Under the pieces are notes generated by a model. It was not told the DNA's origin. It saw nothing but the letters and a program-made list of their open reading frames with translations, and did not search any database. From Candidatus Yanofskybacteria bacterium (GTDB lineage: Bacteria; Patescibacteriota; Minisyncoccia; 2-02-FULL-40-12; GWA2-44-9), in the NCBI GenBank assembly GCA_020852375.1, contig JADZAY010000005.1, forward strand, positions 19,814-83,813: a stretch of 64,000 bases of DNA, read 5' to 3'. How positions within the stretch are numbered: position 1 is the stretch's first letter; each line of letters begins with the position of its first letter. This document shows positions 28,366 through 37,798 of this stretch, in pieces. Both the position numbers and the translations under genes were made by a program.

Positions 28366-29367
28366 CTAGAGATACGCTTGCTCAGTGCCTGCGATGAAGT
28401 TGGAGATGCTCTGCGCGGTGACGCGGGAGATCTCGAGCATGGCTTCGTCAGTGGAAAATGCGATGTGCGGGGTGATGAGCACGGTGGGGTGGTCGATAAG
28501 GAAATGGTTAGCGGCGAGGAGGCGGTAGTCGACGTCCGGCAGGCGGGCGGTAAGTGCCTCAGTCTCTTCTTTGAGCGCTCGTTCTCCCTCGAGGACATCA
28601 AGTCCGGCGCCGGCAACGGTTCCGCTCGTGATCGCGGCGACCAATGCGTGCGTGTCGATGAGTTCCCCGCGGGCGGTGTTGATGAGGATGACGCCTTTCT
28701 TCATGCGACCGAACGCTTCCGCATTGATGATGTGGTGCGTTTCCGGTGTGTAGGGCATATGCACACTGAGGACGTCGGCTTTGGCAAGCACATCGTCCAG
28801 TGGAGCGTAGGTGAGGGGCGTCGTTGCGGCGAGCTGCTCGTCGGGGTGAATATCGAATGCCAGAACGTTCATACCGAACCCGCGCGCGATACCGCACACG
28901 GTTTTCCCGATGCGTCCGGTTCCGAGAACGCCGATCGTCTTTCCGGACAGGGTGACCCCCTGGAGCTTCCGGATGTCGTAGCTGGTGCCTTCGCGGAGCT
29001 GGTCATAGGCGGGGTAGATGTTTCGAGCCACTGCGAGGAGAAGCGCGAACGCGAATTCGGCTACCGGATGGGCGGCATAGGTGGTCACGTTCGATACTCG
29101 GATACCTTTCTCTTTCGCGTACGCGATATCGATGTGGTCGTAGCCCATCGAGCGCGTTGTGATGAGCTTCAGATTCGGAAGGCCGTCGATGATCGAGCGC
29201 GTGATCTGGGAATTCACGAACACGGAGATGATATCCGCATCGGCAAACTGCGCCGCGGACCGTTCGGTGAGCTTCTCCTCGGAGAACGCGACTGCATGTC
29301 CGGCAGGGATGCTGGATTCGAGGTGTTCCCGCTCGCCTGGCATGATCTCGAAGAAGACGATATGCAT
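28366..29367 (-). CDS. D-2-hydroxyacid dehydrogenase (D-LDH/hydroxypyruvate reductase family)
   Basis: RSMGYDHID, GTGRIG, NTARG, LDVLEGE, TPHIAF. Confidence 0.95.
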   Translation of the reverse strand: MHIVFFEIMPGEREHLESSIPAGHAVAFSEEKLTERSAAQFADADIISVFVNSQITRSIIDGLPNLKLITTRSMGYDHIDIAYAKEKGIRVSNVTTYAAHPVAEFAFALLLAVARNIYPAYDQLREGTSYDIRKLQGVTLSGKTIGVLGTGRIGKTVCGIARGFGMNVLAFDIHPDEQLAATTPLTYAPLDDVLAKADVLSVHMPYTPETHHIINAEAFGRMKKGVILINTARGELIDTHALVAAITSGTVAGAGLDVLEGERALKEETEALTARLPDVDYRLLAANHFLIDHPTVLITPHIAFSTDEAMLEISRVTAQSISNFIAGTEQAYL

Positions 29368-29450
29368 CTCCTGTAGTATATCGCGTTTCGCCGTCCACCG
29401 GAACGGAGCACCTGGAAACCCACGACCCTGTTTGCTATGATGAGGCGACC

Positions 29451-30224
29451 ATGAACGAGAACGAACCGATGCTTGCAGAGGGCGGAATGTCCCGCCAAGA
29501 ACGCCGAGAATTGAAACGGCAGCAGCGCCAGTATGCCCCGCTTTTCCAGCGTCGAGGGGTTCGACGCGGACTTCTCTGGGCGGGTGGATTTGCCGTGCTC
29601 GTGCTTATCGGCTGGGGGATGGTGAAGCTTTCGGCGAACGAACCGCTTCCAACGAACGGAAGTGGAAGCGTCCTTTCCATCCCCGTGGGTCCGCAAGACA
29701 ACAGCAAGGGCCCGCAGGACGCCCCGGTCACGCTTGTCGAGTATAGCGACTTCCAGTGCCCTGCATGCGGTGCGTTCGCTCCGGTCGTCGAGCAGTTGTT
29801 GAAAGACCCGGAACTTGTCGGCAAGGTGCGTTTCGTGTATCGCAATTTCCCGCTCTCCAGCATCCATAAGAACGCCGATCTTGCAGCGCAGGCCGGACAG
29901 GCAGCGGCGGCGCAGGGGAAGTTCTGGGAGATGCACGACCTCCTATTCGAGAACCAGACCAAATGGTCCGGGTTATCGTCTTCCGGCGCGCGGGATGCAT
30001 TCATTGGCTTCGCACGCACCATCGGATTAAATGTGGACGCCTTCACGAAAGCGCTCGCGGACAGCGCTGTTGCCGCGCGGGTGAAGGCGGACTTCGACGG
30101 AGGGCTGCAGTCGGGAGTGAACAGCACGCCGACATTCTTCGTGAATGGTACGAAGATGCCGCATCCGCAGAGTCTCGCGCAGTTCAAGCAGTATCTAACC
30201 TCCGCACTCAATGCGACTCCCTAA
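29451..30224 (+). CDS. dsbA: DsbA-family thiol oxidoreductase
   Basis: EYSDFQCPAC, GVNSTPTFFVNG; one TM. Confidence 0.93.
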   Translation: MNENEPMLAEGGMSRQERRELKRQQRQYAPLFQRRGVRRGLLWAGGFAVLVLIGWGMVKLSANEPLPTNGSGSVLSIPVGPQDNSKGPQDAPVTLVEYSDFQCPACGAFAPVVEQLLKDPELVGKVRFVYRNFPLSSIHKNADLAAQAGQAAAAQGKFWEMHDLLFENQTKWSGLSSSGARDAFIGFARTIGLNVDAFTKALADSAVAARVKADFDGGLQSGVNSTPTFFVNGTKMPHPQSLAQFKQYLTSALNATP

Positions 30225-30630
30225 ATACCTTGCAATCCTGTTCTGCGTCGCCGCGCTCGTTGGATTCGCCGATGCCGCATACCTGACCGCGCAGCATGTG
30301 CGTGGCGTGATCCCGCCGTGTGTCGTGCTCAACAACTGTGAGCGCGTTCTTACGAGCGCATACGCGAGCATCGGACCCATCCCGGTTGCTGCGCTTGGCG
30401 TGTTCTACTATGGCGCGGTTCTCCTCTTGCTGATCGCGTTCTTCGATACGAAGAATCGCCGGCTCCTGCATATCGCGGCATGGCTCGTGAGCGCGGGCAT
30501 GCTTGCGTCGCTGTACTTCGTGTACGTCCAGCTCTTTATTCTGAACGCGCTTTGTCCATACTGTCTGGTATCGGTGCTGACGACCACGATCATGTTTGCG
30601 GTCTCGGTGCGGATCATGTATCTCGATTAA
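30211..30630 (+). CDS. Vitamin K epoxide reductase (VKOR) family protein
   Basis: C....NCERVLTS, LCPYC; 4 TM. Confidence 0.93.
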   Translation: MRLPKYLAILFCVAALVGFADAAYLTAQHVRGVIPPCVVLNNCERVLTSAYASIGPIPVAALGVFYYGAVLLLLIAFFDTKNRRLLHIAAWLVSAGMLASLYFVYVQLFILNALCPYCLVSVLTTTIMFAVSVRIMYLD

Positions 30631-30646
30631 CTCACTTCTTCTGCTT

Positions 30647-31381
30647 ATGGAAGTTCCCGAACAGATGCCGGTCGAGTCGAATGGTACGAAGTTTTCGGTA
30701 AGCGTCTCGGTTGCGGTTCTGATCGCCGCGGCGATGATCTCCGGCTCCATTCTCTATGTTGGTGGCGGGGAGGGCGCGGCGTTGTTCCCCGCGGCTGGGA
30801 AGGCGACCCCGGCCCCGGAGCGGTCCGTCGACCCGACTGCGCTCATCGGCACCGATGATCCGGTGATCGGTGCGAGCAATGCGCCGGTGACGATTGTTGA
30901 GTTCAGCGATTTCCAGTGCCCGTTCTGCCGCTCGTTCTTCACGGAGACGTACAGCAAGATCAAGAAGGACTACATCGATACCGGAAAGGCGCGCCTAGTG
31001 TTCCGAGACTATCCGCTTCCATTCCACGATGCTGCGCGTCCGGCGGCGCTCGCCGCGCAGTGCGCGGATGCGCAGGGGAAGTTCTGGCAGTACCACGACG
31101 CGCTGTTTCAGGAACAGGCAAAGAAGGGACAGGGAACCGTCGCGTTCGGAGCGGCTGAACTGAAGTCATGGGCGGCTCAGATCGGGCTCAACACGACGGC
31201 GTTCGCGACCTGTCTCGATAAAGAGACCTATGCAAAACGCATTAGCGAAGATATGGACGATGCCTCCACTCTTGGCATCACGGGAACCCCGAGCTTCTTC
31301 GTGAACGGAGAGCTCATTGTCGGGGCGCAGCCCTACTCGGTCTTCAAGTCTGCAATCGATAAGGCGCTTGCAGCGCGCTAG
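30647..31381 (+). CDS. Second DsbA-family protein
   Basis: EFSDFQCPFC, GITGTPSFFVNG. Confidence 0.93.
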   Translation: MEVPEQMPVESNGTKFSVSVSVAVLIAAAMISGSILYVGGGEGAALFPAAGKATPAPERSVDPTALIGTDDPVIGASNAPVTIVEFSDFQCPFCRSFFTETYSKIKKDYIDTGKARLVFRDYPLPFHDAARPAALAAQCADAQGKFWQYHDALFQEQAKKGQGTVAFGAAELKSWAAQIGLNTTAFATCLDKETYAKRISEDMDDASTLGITGTPSFFVNGELIVGAQPYSVFKSAIDKALAAR

Positions 31382-31614
31382 CGCACTTGCTCGTCGACGG
31401 TTCGATGCAGCTGCTCTCGGAGCAGCTGCATCGTTTTTTCCCGAACCGTATCCGCGGCGGCAGATCCGTATGATCGGACGACTTCGCTCGCTGAGGCGGT
31501 GATGGTGTCGAAGATGTGGGCGTTCTGTCGAATGCGTTCCGATACCGCCGTGTGCGCGGGGGTTGCCCAGACGAAGACACCGAGTGCGGCGAGGAGCATG
31601 AGTACGTACGCCAT
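31378..31614 (-). CDS. Small membrane-anchored hypothetical protein
   Basis: N-terminal TM; directly downstream of the pilin-like gene. Confidence 0.55.
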   Translation of the reverse strand: MAYVLMLLAALGVFVWATPAHTAVSERIRQNAHIFDTITASASEVVRSYGSAAADTVREKTMQLLREQLHRTVDEQVR

Positions 31615-31623
31615 AGATAGGGG

Positions 31624-31983
31624 TTACCGGTTTTCGATGTTTCCTCCTTGCGGGAAGGGCTGGGTGCCGACAAGATCGGGATTGATCGAATTCAGGATGA
31701 GGTATGCCGAGAAAAGCAGAATGACGCCGATGACCGCGTCCTTGATAAGCTGGAGGGGATCCTTGATCTTCAGGGAAGTTTTGATTGGCGGGAACATATA
31801 GGCAAGCCCCGCCAGGAGGAACATGATGAATGCGGCAAGACCGACGATGCGCAGGGAGTAGTCGTAGAGATCGCTGATGACCCTCCCGAGCGGAACCGGT
31901 TGTAACTCGCTGATCGCGAGCGCGGGTTGCCCGACGCACAGGGCGAGGATGCCGATAAGGATGATGAGGAGCGCTCGCGCCAT
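31624..31983 (-). CDS. TrbC/VirB2-like pilin
   Basis: Signal peptide plus two TM; AVIG..LLFSAYLILNSINPDL. Confidence 0.75.
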   Translation of the reverse strand: MARALLIILIGILALCVGQPALAISELQPVPLGRVISDLYDYSLRIVGLAAFIMFLLAGLAYMFPPIKTSLKIKDPLQLIKDAVIGVILLFSAYLILNSINPDLVGTQPFPQGGNIENR

Positions 31984-32072
31984 GGCTGTAGTATACATGA
32001 GGAGGCATGCCCCGCACAGGAGCGTCTATCCACCCCTCTGTTGCGGGCGGTCCGGTTTGGTATACTGAAGGC

Positions 32073-32543
32073 ATGGATACTCCATACTCACGAAGACAGC
32101 TTCTCATCGCAGGGCTTCTGCTCGCAGCGATCGCGTTCGGGATAGGTTTCCTGGTGCGTGGTAACGGGTCATCGTCTGAAACGACCGCGACGCCGACCCC
32201 ATCCGCATCCGCTTCCGTATCGACCCGCCCACGGAGCACCGCAACCCCCGCATATTCACCGAAGTCGTACATCATTCGCATCACCCAGGATGGACCGACG
32301 CCGAAGTCGCTCACCGTCCATACCGGTGATAGCGTCTCGATCATCAATGCGACCGACGCGCTCTACTGGCCGGCGTCCGATCCCCACCCGAGCCATACGA
32401 ATTGCCCCGGGTTCGACGCGAAGCGCGGATTGCAGCGCGGTGATGGATATACGCTGACCTTCAGTGAGAAGCGCACGTGCGGCTACCATAACCACGTGGA
32501 TCCCGCAAATGCCTCTCAGCGCGGGACCATCATCGTGCAGTGA
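32073..32543 (+). CDS. Membrane-anchored cupredoxin-like protein
   Basis: TM, Thr/Pro linker, WPASDPHPSH, GYHNH, GTIIVQ. Confidence 0.8.
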   Translation: MDTPYSRRQLLIAGLLLAAIAFGIGFLVRGNGSSSETTATPTPSASASVSTRPRSTATPAYSPKSYIIRITQDGPTPKSLTVHTGDSVSIINATDALYWPASDPHPSHTNCPGFDAKRGLQRGDGYTLTFSEKRTCGYHNHVDPANASQRGTIIVQ

Positions 32544-33892
32544 GCGTCCGGAACATCTCACTACGAGCACTCATCTTGAATGCCACGGCGATCGCCGTGG
32601 TCTTCAACCTGCTGACTCCCGCAGCATCGTATGCGGGCATTACGGAAGAAATCCAGGCGCGTCAGCGGCAGATCGACGAGCTACAGCGGCAGATCGATGA
32701 GTACGAAACGCAAGCGCAGGCCGTCGGCCAAAAGTCGCGTACGCTCGAAAATGAGATTGCCCGGCTGAACGCACAGATCGGGCAGATAGCAGCACAGATA
32801 CGCCAACTCGAGACATCGATCGATCAGACAGGACTCGAGATCACCGAAACAACAAATGACATCGCCGCTGCCGAGCGGAAGATGAACCTCCATCTCGAGG
32901 CGCTCGCGCAGTACATCCGTACGTCCAATGAGATGGACCAGCAAAGTTTTGCGCAGCTCATCCTGCAGAACAATGCGCTTTCAGACTTCTTTGACTACGC
33001 GCAACAGATACAGCGCACCCAGGACAGCTTGCGGATGACCATTCGCTCAATCCGAGACCTGCATGCGCAACTCGACAGCCGTCGCGAGGAGTTGGAAGGT
33101 AAGAAGGGCGAGCTTGAGCGCATGAAAGAGCTTACCGAGATCCAGAAGCGCGATCTTGCGTCCACGAAAGGAGCGAAGAACACCGTACTGAAGGAGACCA
33201 AGGGGCAGGAAGCGAAGTTCCAACAGATCATCAAGAGCAAAAAGCAGGACCTTGCCCGGTTGCGGGAGCAGATCAATTATTTGGTTGCGAGCGGTATCTC
33301 CGTGGAGGATGCCGTGAGTTTTGCACAGCTTGCAGCGATCGGTGCGGGTATCCGTCCTGCGTTCCTTTTGGCGCTCTTGGAGACCGAATCTCGACTCGGG
33401 CGCAATGTGGGAACTGGCAACTGGCAGGATGACATGTATCTGTGCTATCTCCGGCTCGCGAACATCGCCAAGACTGCTGAGCGGAAGCAGTACTACCAAA
33501 ATCGAGCGGAGACCGAAAAGAACGCGTTCCTCGCCGTTATCGGGAAGCTTGGCCTGGACGCGAATGCCGTCAAAGTCTCGAAAGAGCCGTCGTACGGATG
33601 CGGGGGAGCGATGGGTCCTGCGCAGTTCATTCCTTCAACATGGCTCGGCTACGAGTCGGAGGTCATTCGGATTACCGGGCACACGGTTCCGAACCCGTGG
33701 AACTTCCAGGATGCGTTCACAGCTGCAGCGGTTAAACTTGCGCGAGCAGGGGCGAGCAGCAAAGATCGGACCGGGGAGGTTCGCGCCGCGAAGGCATATA
33801 TCAGCGGGAATCCCAGCTGCACGAGTGCGACCTGCACGAACTACGCGAATACGATCCTGAAGAAGGCTGCGGATATCGAGCAAGACCTCTAA
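32540..33892 (+). CDS. Coiled-coil protein with a C-terminal lytic transglycosylase (MltB/SLT-2-like)
   Basis: Long coiled coil; ETESRLG.N, GGAMGPAQFIPSTW, NPWN..DA. Confidence 0.88.
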   Translation: MSVRNISLRALILNATAIAVVFNLLTPAASYAGITEEIQARQRQIDELQRQIDEYETQAQAVGQKSRTLENEIARLNAQIGQIAAQIRQLETSIDQTGLEITETTNDIAAAERKMNLHLEALAQYIRTSNEMDQQSFAQLILQNNALSDFFDYAQQIQRTQDSLRMTIRSIRDLHAQLDSRREELEGKKGELERMKELTEIQKRDLASTKGAKNTVLKETKGQEAKFQQIIKSKKQDLARLREQINYLVASGISVEDAVSFAQLAAIGAGIRPAFLLALLETESRLGRNVGTGNWQDDMYLCYLRLANIAKTAERKQYYQNRAETEKNAFLAVIGKLGLDANAVKVSKEPSYGCGGAMGPAQFIPSTWLGYESEVIRITGHTVPNPWNFQDAFTAAAVKLARAGASSKDRTGEVRAAKAYISGNPSCTSATCTNYANTILKKAADIEQDL

Positions 33893-33954
33893 TGACAAGC
33901 GCGTTCCACATGATATTGTCTTCCCAGAACGTTTCCAATCAGAAAGGAGGGCGC

Positions 33955-35391
33955 ATGCGCGCGACGTTCAGTGTTTTGTCCGTAGCAGTTGCTGCGATGT
34001 TCGTCGGCGCGTGCGCGGCTCACACGGCCCGCACGGTGTTCGTTCCGACGCCAACCGCCGTGGCGGCAGACGTCGATACGATCGATGTGCTTCCGATCCG
34101 TCAGTTTTCGCTGGCCGAGATCGTCGCACCCGTGGTGACCGCGAATCGCGAAGAGGCGCCTCCGTCGTGTGATGTTGCGGCGATCGTTGCGGGGACGTTT
34201 ACCGACTCCCAGCTTCTCGATGCCCCGCTTACCGCGGGAGCCAAACAGTATTCGTATGTCGAGGTGCGCGCAGGGAAGGAAACCTCGTTCAAGGATTACG
34301 AGAAGGATTTCGCTCTGCGCGTACTCGATCCGGCTACCTGCACCACTGAGGTGGTAACGCTTCGAAAGACCTATGCATCTCGCCCGCTTGCCGTTCCGGT
34401 TCGAACCAAGACGGGTACGGTGACGCGCGAACTCCCGCGAACCGTTGCCGTGGCAAAGTCGCCAGCGGGGTGGGATATTTCCGTTGTTCAGCGGAAGAAC
34501 GGCATTGCGTGGAACAACTGGGCTACCACATTCCAGGTCAACGCTCCCGCGAACCGTATCGTAGTCGGCCTGAAATATGTGAAGGTCGAGAAGGTCGTCA
34601 AAGGGAAGCCGATCCTGACGTCCGTACTGTACATCCCGCACAGTGATGAGTTGGTGACTGCGGCCCCCGGTCTGATCGACCATGGCATCGCATACATCAA
34701 AGAACAGGAGCAGCGCGTGAAGGATGATCTGCGCGCTCGCGGTGTGCAGTCTGCAGCGATCCCCGGCATGCTGCTCGCTGATGCGATGGAGCGCTATGCC
34801 GCCGCATACCCACTCCAGCCGCTCCTTCCGATCGAACATACCGATATGGGCGAGTTCATTCTTGATCCGGTGTGGACGGTCAATCGCGTGTACGCCATCA
34901 TTGGCGCGAACCGCGAACAGTTTGCGGCGAATACCTGCAGTCCTGCCGCAGCGTGCGGCCCTCAGCAGTTCATGCCGGCATCGTATCGCATGGTACGCGA
35001 CCGTTTTCCTGCCGCGGGGCTCATCCGCGATGTCGACGAAGGTCGGCGGGACGGTTTCAACAGTATGAAGGCCGCCGCACTGCTCATGGACCTCCAGCTG
35101 AAGACCCTCATCGAGATGCGCGGGGATGCCATCCTGCACGACCCCAACGTCGGAGAGTTGCAGATCGCTGGGTACAACACCGGAGCATCGCGCTCGGCTC
35201 GCGTCTACGGCATTGCCCTTGCGAAAAACATCCTTGAATGGACCGAGGCGCGCGGGAAGCGGTGCAGTCGGGTCACGAAGTGGTCCGAGTGCCTTCTTAC
35301 CGAGACGAAAGGGTATATCGCGAAGTACCGCTACCTCACCCAGCAGTGGCCTCAGGAGCGCACACTTGCCCTCGACGAACAAACCCCGTAG
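33955..35391 (+). CDS. Putative lipoprotein with a C-terminal SLT-like lytic transglycosylase domain
   Basis: SD AAGGAGG; VGA-C lipobox-like; IEH, SPAAACGPQQFMP, AGYNTG, ETKGYIAK. Confidence 0.75.
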   Translation: MRATFSVLSVAVAAMFVGACAAHTARTVFVPTPTAVAADVDTIDVLPIRQFSLAEIVAPVVTANREEAPPSCDVAAIVAGTFTDSQLLDAPLTAGAKQYSYVEVRAGKETSFKDYEKDFALRVLDPATCTTEVVTLRKTYASRPLAVPVRTKTGTVTRELPRTVAVAKSPAGWDISVVQRKNGIAWNNWATTFQVNAPANRIVVGLKYVKVEKVVKGKPILTSVLYIPHSDELVTAAPGLIDHGIAYIKEQEQRVKDDLRARGVQSAAIPGMLLADAMERYAAAYPLQPLLPIEHTDMGEFILDPVWTVNRVYAIIGANREQFAANTCSPAAACGPQQFMPASYRMVRDRFPAAGLIRDVDEGRRDGFNSMKAAALLMDLQLKTLIEMRGDAILHDPNVGELQIAGYNTGASRSARVYGIALAKNILEWTEARGKRCSRVTKWSECLLTETKGYIAKYRYLTQQWPQERTLALDEQTP

Positions 35392-35464
35392 CACGCTACG
35401 GGGTTTCTTTTTGCCTAGAAAAAGATACAAGCCCTTGCGGGCTTGTATCAGAGCGAAGTCGAGG

Positions 35465-35530
35465 TTACCTCTTCTTCTTCTTTGCTGCAGCCTTCTTTTT
35501 CTTCGGGGCTGCTTTCTTCTTCTTTGCCAT
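35465..35530 (-). CDS. 21-aa Lys/Ala-rich basic peptide MAKKKKAAPKKKKAAAKKKKR (not in ORF track)
   Basis: ATG...TAA; terminator hairpin at 35424-35449; TATAAT at 35687-35692; alternative in-frame start at 35584. Confidence 0.65.
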   Translation of the reverse strand: MAKKKKAAPKKKKAAAKKKKR

Positions 35531-35763
35531 GTGGGAACGGTGAGCGATCCAGTCTGACGGCGCCGCGGCGCAGACACACTGCATCGCATCCCTCCTTATG
35601 GGTGTACGACGACGGGCGACCCATCTGTGCTCGAGCGAGTACTGATGTTACCGTCGCTGATACCGATGTGAATGACCAACACCTTCATTATAAGTTTGCA
35701 CGGAGACGTTGCATAGAAAAAAAGTGGATAACTCAAAAATTTTTTCCGTGCTATGCTCGCGCT

Positions 35764-36039
35764 ATGAACGAACAGCATTCACCTGAGCGGCTCACTTCGA
35801 AAGATTTTCAGTTGAGCGTGGAGCGTGTTGATGTTGAGCATGGCCACGTGTATATCGCGGATGGTCCCGTCGTGTGGAAATGGTTTTGGGACAAAGATGC
35901 CGGGCGCGCCATCCTTGTGACGGGTACTGGCAACGAGCAATCGATCGCTCCCGAGAAGCGTATGGCGATGAGGGACCAGGTGCGCAAGATCATGACCGAT
36001 CGTCTTGCCAGAGCGGAGGCGCGCGCGGAGGAGCACTAG
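35764..36039 (+). CDS. Hypothetical protein
   Basis: TATGCT just upstream of the ATG; fills the gap before the convergent DUF167 gene. Confidence 0.6.
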   Translation: MNEQHSPERLTSKDFQLSVERVDVEHGHVYIADGPVVWKWFWDKDAGRAILVTGTGNEQSIAPEKRMAMRDQVRKIMTDRLARAEARAEEH

Positions 36040-36257
36040 CGGATCTCAAACACTTTCGTGCGTGATGCGTCGCCCATGACCAGCGATACGCGGCTGGGCG
36101 CGATATGGAGGTGCTGTGCAAGAGCCCTGCGGATCGCAGCCGTAGCTTTTCCGCGTTCCGGGGCTTCGGTGACCCAGATACCATACTCCGAGGGGCCGAG
36201 CTGTTGCATGCGGGCCTGCTTTGCCTTCGGATGAGCGCGCACGGTGATACGGGTCAT
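36036..36257 (-). CDS. DUF167/YggU family protein
   Basis: V.AHPKA, VTEAPERGKA, G..SR.K. Confidence 0.88.
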   Translation of the reverse strand: MTRITVRAHPKAKQARMQQLGPSEYGIWVTEAPERGKATAAIRRALAQHLHIAPSRVSLVMGDASRTKVFEIR

Positions 36258-36886
36258 GTGCGAGCGCGAAGTGAGTGGATCTTACGGAGAATCGCTGCGC
36301 GTGACTCGGGGTCGCGGAGAAGCTTCCAGATGCCAGGCGTGACCGAGGTGAAGAGGATGAGAGCCACGATGAGGGTCATGTAGCGGTCGATGCCGGGAAC
36401 TGATGCGCCGAGCCAATACCCTGCGAGCGGGATGCCGACACCCCACACGAGACTGCCGAACAGATTGTAGAGGATAAACGTTCGGCGATGCATACTCCCG
36501 ACACCGGCAAGAACGGGCGCAATGCTTCGCACGACCGGGACGAATCGTGCGAGGACGATCGTTTTCGGACCATGTTCGGCGTAGAAGCGTTCTGCGCGGG
36601 CGATGTGTTCGGGGTCGAGCAGAAGAGATCCCTGGCGAGAGAATACCGAACGGCCGAATTTTTTTCCGAGCCAGTAGCCGACATTATCGCCGATGGCGGC
36701 GGCGGCGAATGTCAGTGCGACAAGGGGGGCGATGCTGAGGTATCCTTGGGACGCCAAAAAGCCTGCTGTGAAGAGCAGGCTATCACCTGGGAGGAAAAGT
36801 CCGATCAGGAGGCCGCTCTCGGTGAACACGATCGCGGCGACACCGATATATCCTGCGGTCTTGATGAGCGCGGCGATGTCGAACAT
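36254..36886 (-). CDS. dedA: DedA family protein
   Basis: ESGLLIGLFLPGDSLLFTAG, GDNVGY, ARFVPVVR. Confidence 0.95.
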   Translation of the reverse strand: MFDIAALIKTAGYIGVAAIVFTESGLLIGLFLPGDSLLFTAGFLASQGYLSIAPLVALTFAAAAIGDNVGYWLGKKFGRSVFSRQGSLLLDPEHIARAERFYAEHGPKTIVLARFVPVVRSIAPVLAGVGSMHRRTFILYNLFGSLVWGVGIPLAGYWLGASVPGIDRYMTLIVALILFTSVTPGIWKLLRDPESRAAILRKIHSLRART

Positions 36887-36900
36887 ACGGGCAGTATACG

Positions 36901-37722
36901 CTATTTTTGCTTGGGATGCCCGTAGGGGACCCGGACGTGTTGCGGCTCAGACACGGTGATGATCTGTGCGTCGTGGATCTTGTACACGATATCTTTCCGC
37001 TCGACGACGATCTGCCAACCGCGATCCTGGGCGACGGCGGCGAGTTCAGCGCTTGGATTGAATGCGATCGGGTTCCCGACAGCGTTCAGAAGGGGGATGT
37101 CGCCCTCACTGTCTCCCACGGCGATGGAGTGCTTGAGGTCGGCATTGACGCCATGGGTGCTCAGGAATGATGTGAGGATCGCGACCTTGTCGAGGTGCGC
37201 CTCGATGGGGAATCGCTTTCCATCGTAGAGCACCCGTCCGGTATAGATGCCGTCAACGACCTCCAGGGCTCGCCCGATCGCGGCATCAAATCCCAGTACA
37301 TGCGCGAATCGCTGCACCATGGAATTCTGAGAGTTCGAAATGGCGAGGAGGTAAAATCCTTTTGCGCGGAGCTCCTTGATGAGGTCGCGGGTGTACCGGT
37401 AGACGCGGTCTTTCTGCCATGCGATAACGGCGCGGATGGCCGGCTCGACCTGGCGAACCGTGCAGCCGGTCTGGTAGCGGTAGTGCACCTTTACCAGCTT
37501 CATGAGGTAGTCATTGTAGTGGCCTTTCCGATTCAGCCAGGCAACAAAGTTGCGCTCGACCTCGAGGCTCGCTTGGCGCGGGAACACACCGCGACGGACC
37601 AGCTCATTGAAGAGCTCGATCAGGAGGCTTGAGCGGAAGATGGTTCCGTCAATGTCAAAGATCGCGAGGCGTACTCGGGGAGACTGCCGTGCACCGGACG
37701 TGCGGGAACGGCTCGTTGTCAT
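36901..37722 (-). CDS. HAD-IB family phosphatase
   Basis: FDIDGT, GDSEGD, NP. Confidence 0.9.
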   Translation of the reverse strand: MTTSRSRTSGARQSPRVRLAIFDIDGTIFRSSLLIELFNELVRRGVFPRQASLEVERNFVAWLNRKGHYNDYLMKLVKVHYRYQTGCTVRQVEPAIRAVIAWQKDRVYRYTRDLIKELRAKGFYLLAISNSQNSMVQRFAHVLGFDAAIGRALEVVDGIYTGRVLYDGKRFPIEAHLDKVAILTSFLSTHGVNADLKHSIAVGDSEGDIPLLNAVGNPIAFNPSAELAAVAQDRGWQIVVERKDIVYKIHDAQIITVSEPQHVRVPYGHPKQK

Positions 37723-37798
37723 AGTGGGCGGTATGGTACGGAACCGCTCGCTTCTTGGCAATAGTTGCCAAATTTCTATTTTATTGCAAAATACTTCC

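Noticed and set aside
33889-35589. 566-aa minus-strand ORF
   Set aside because: Antisense shadow of the 33955-35391 gene in GC-rich DNA; no motifs, and it crosses two terminators.
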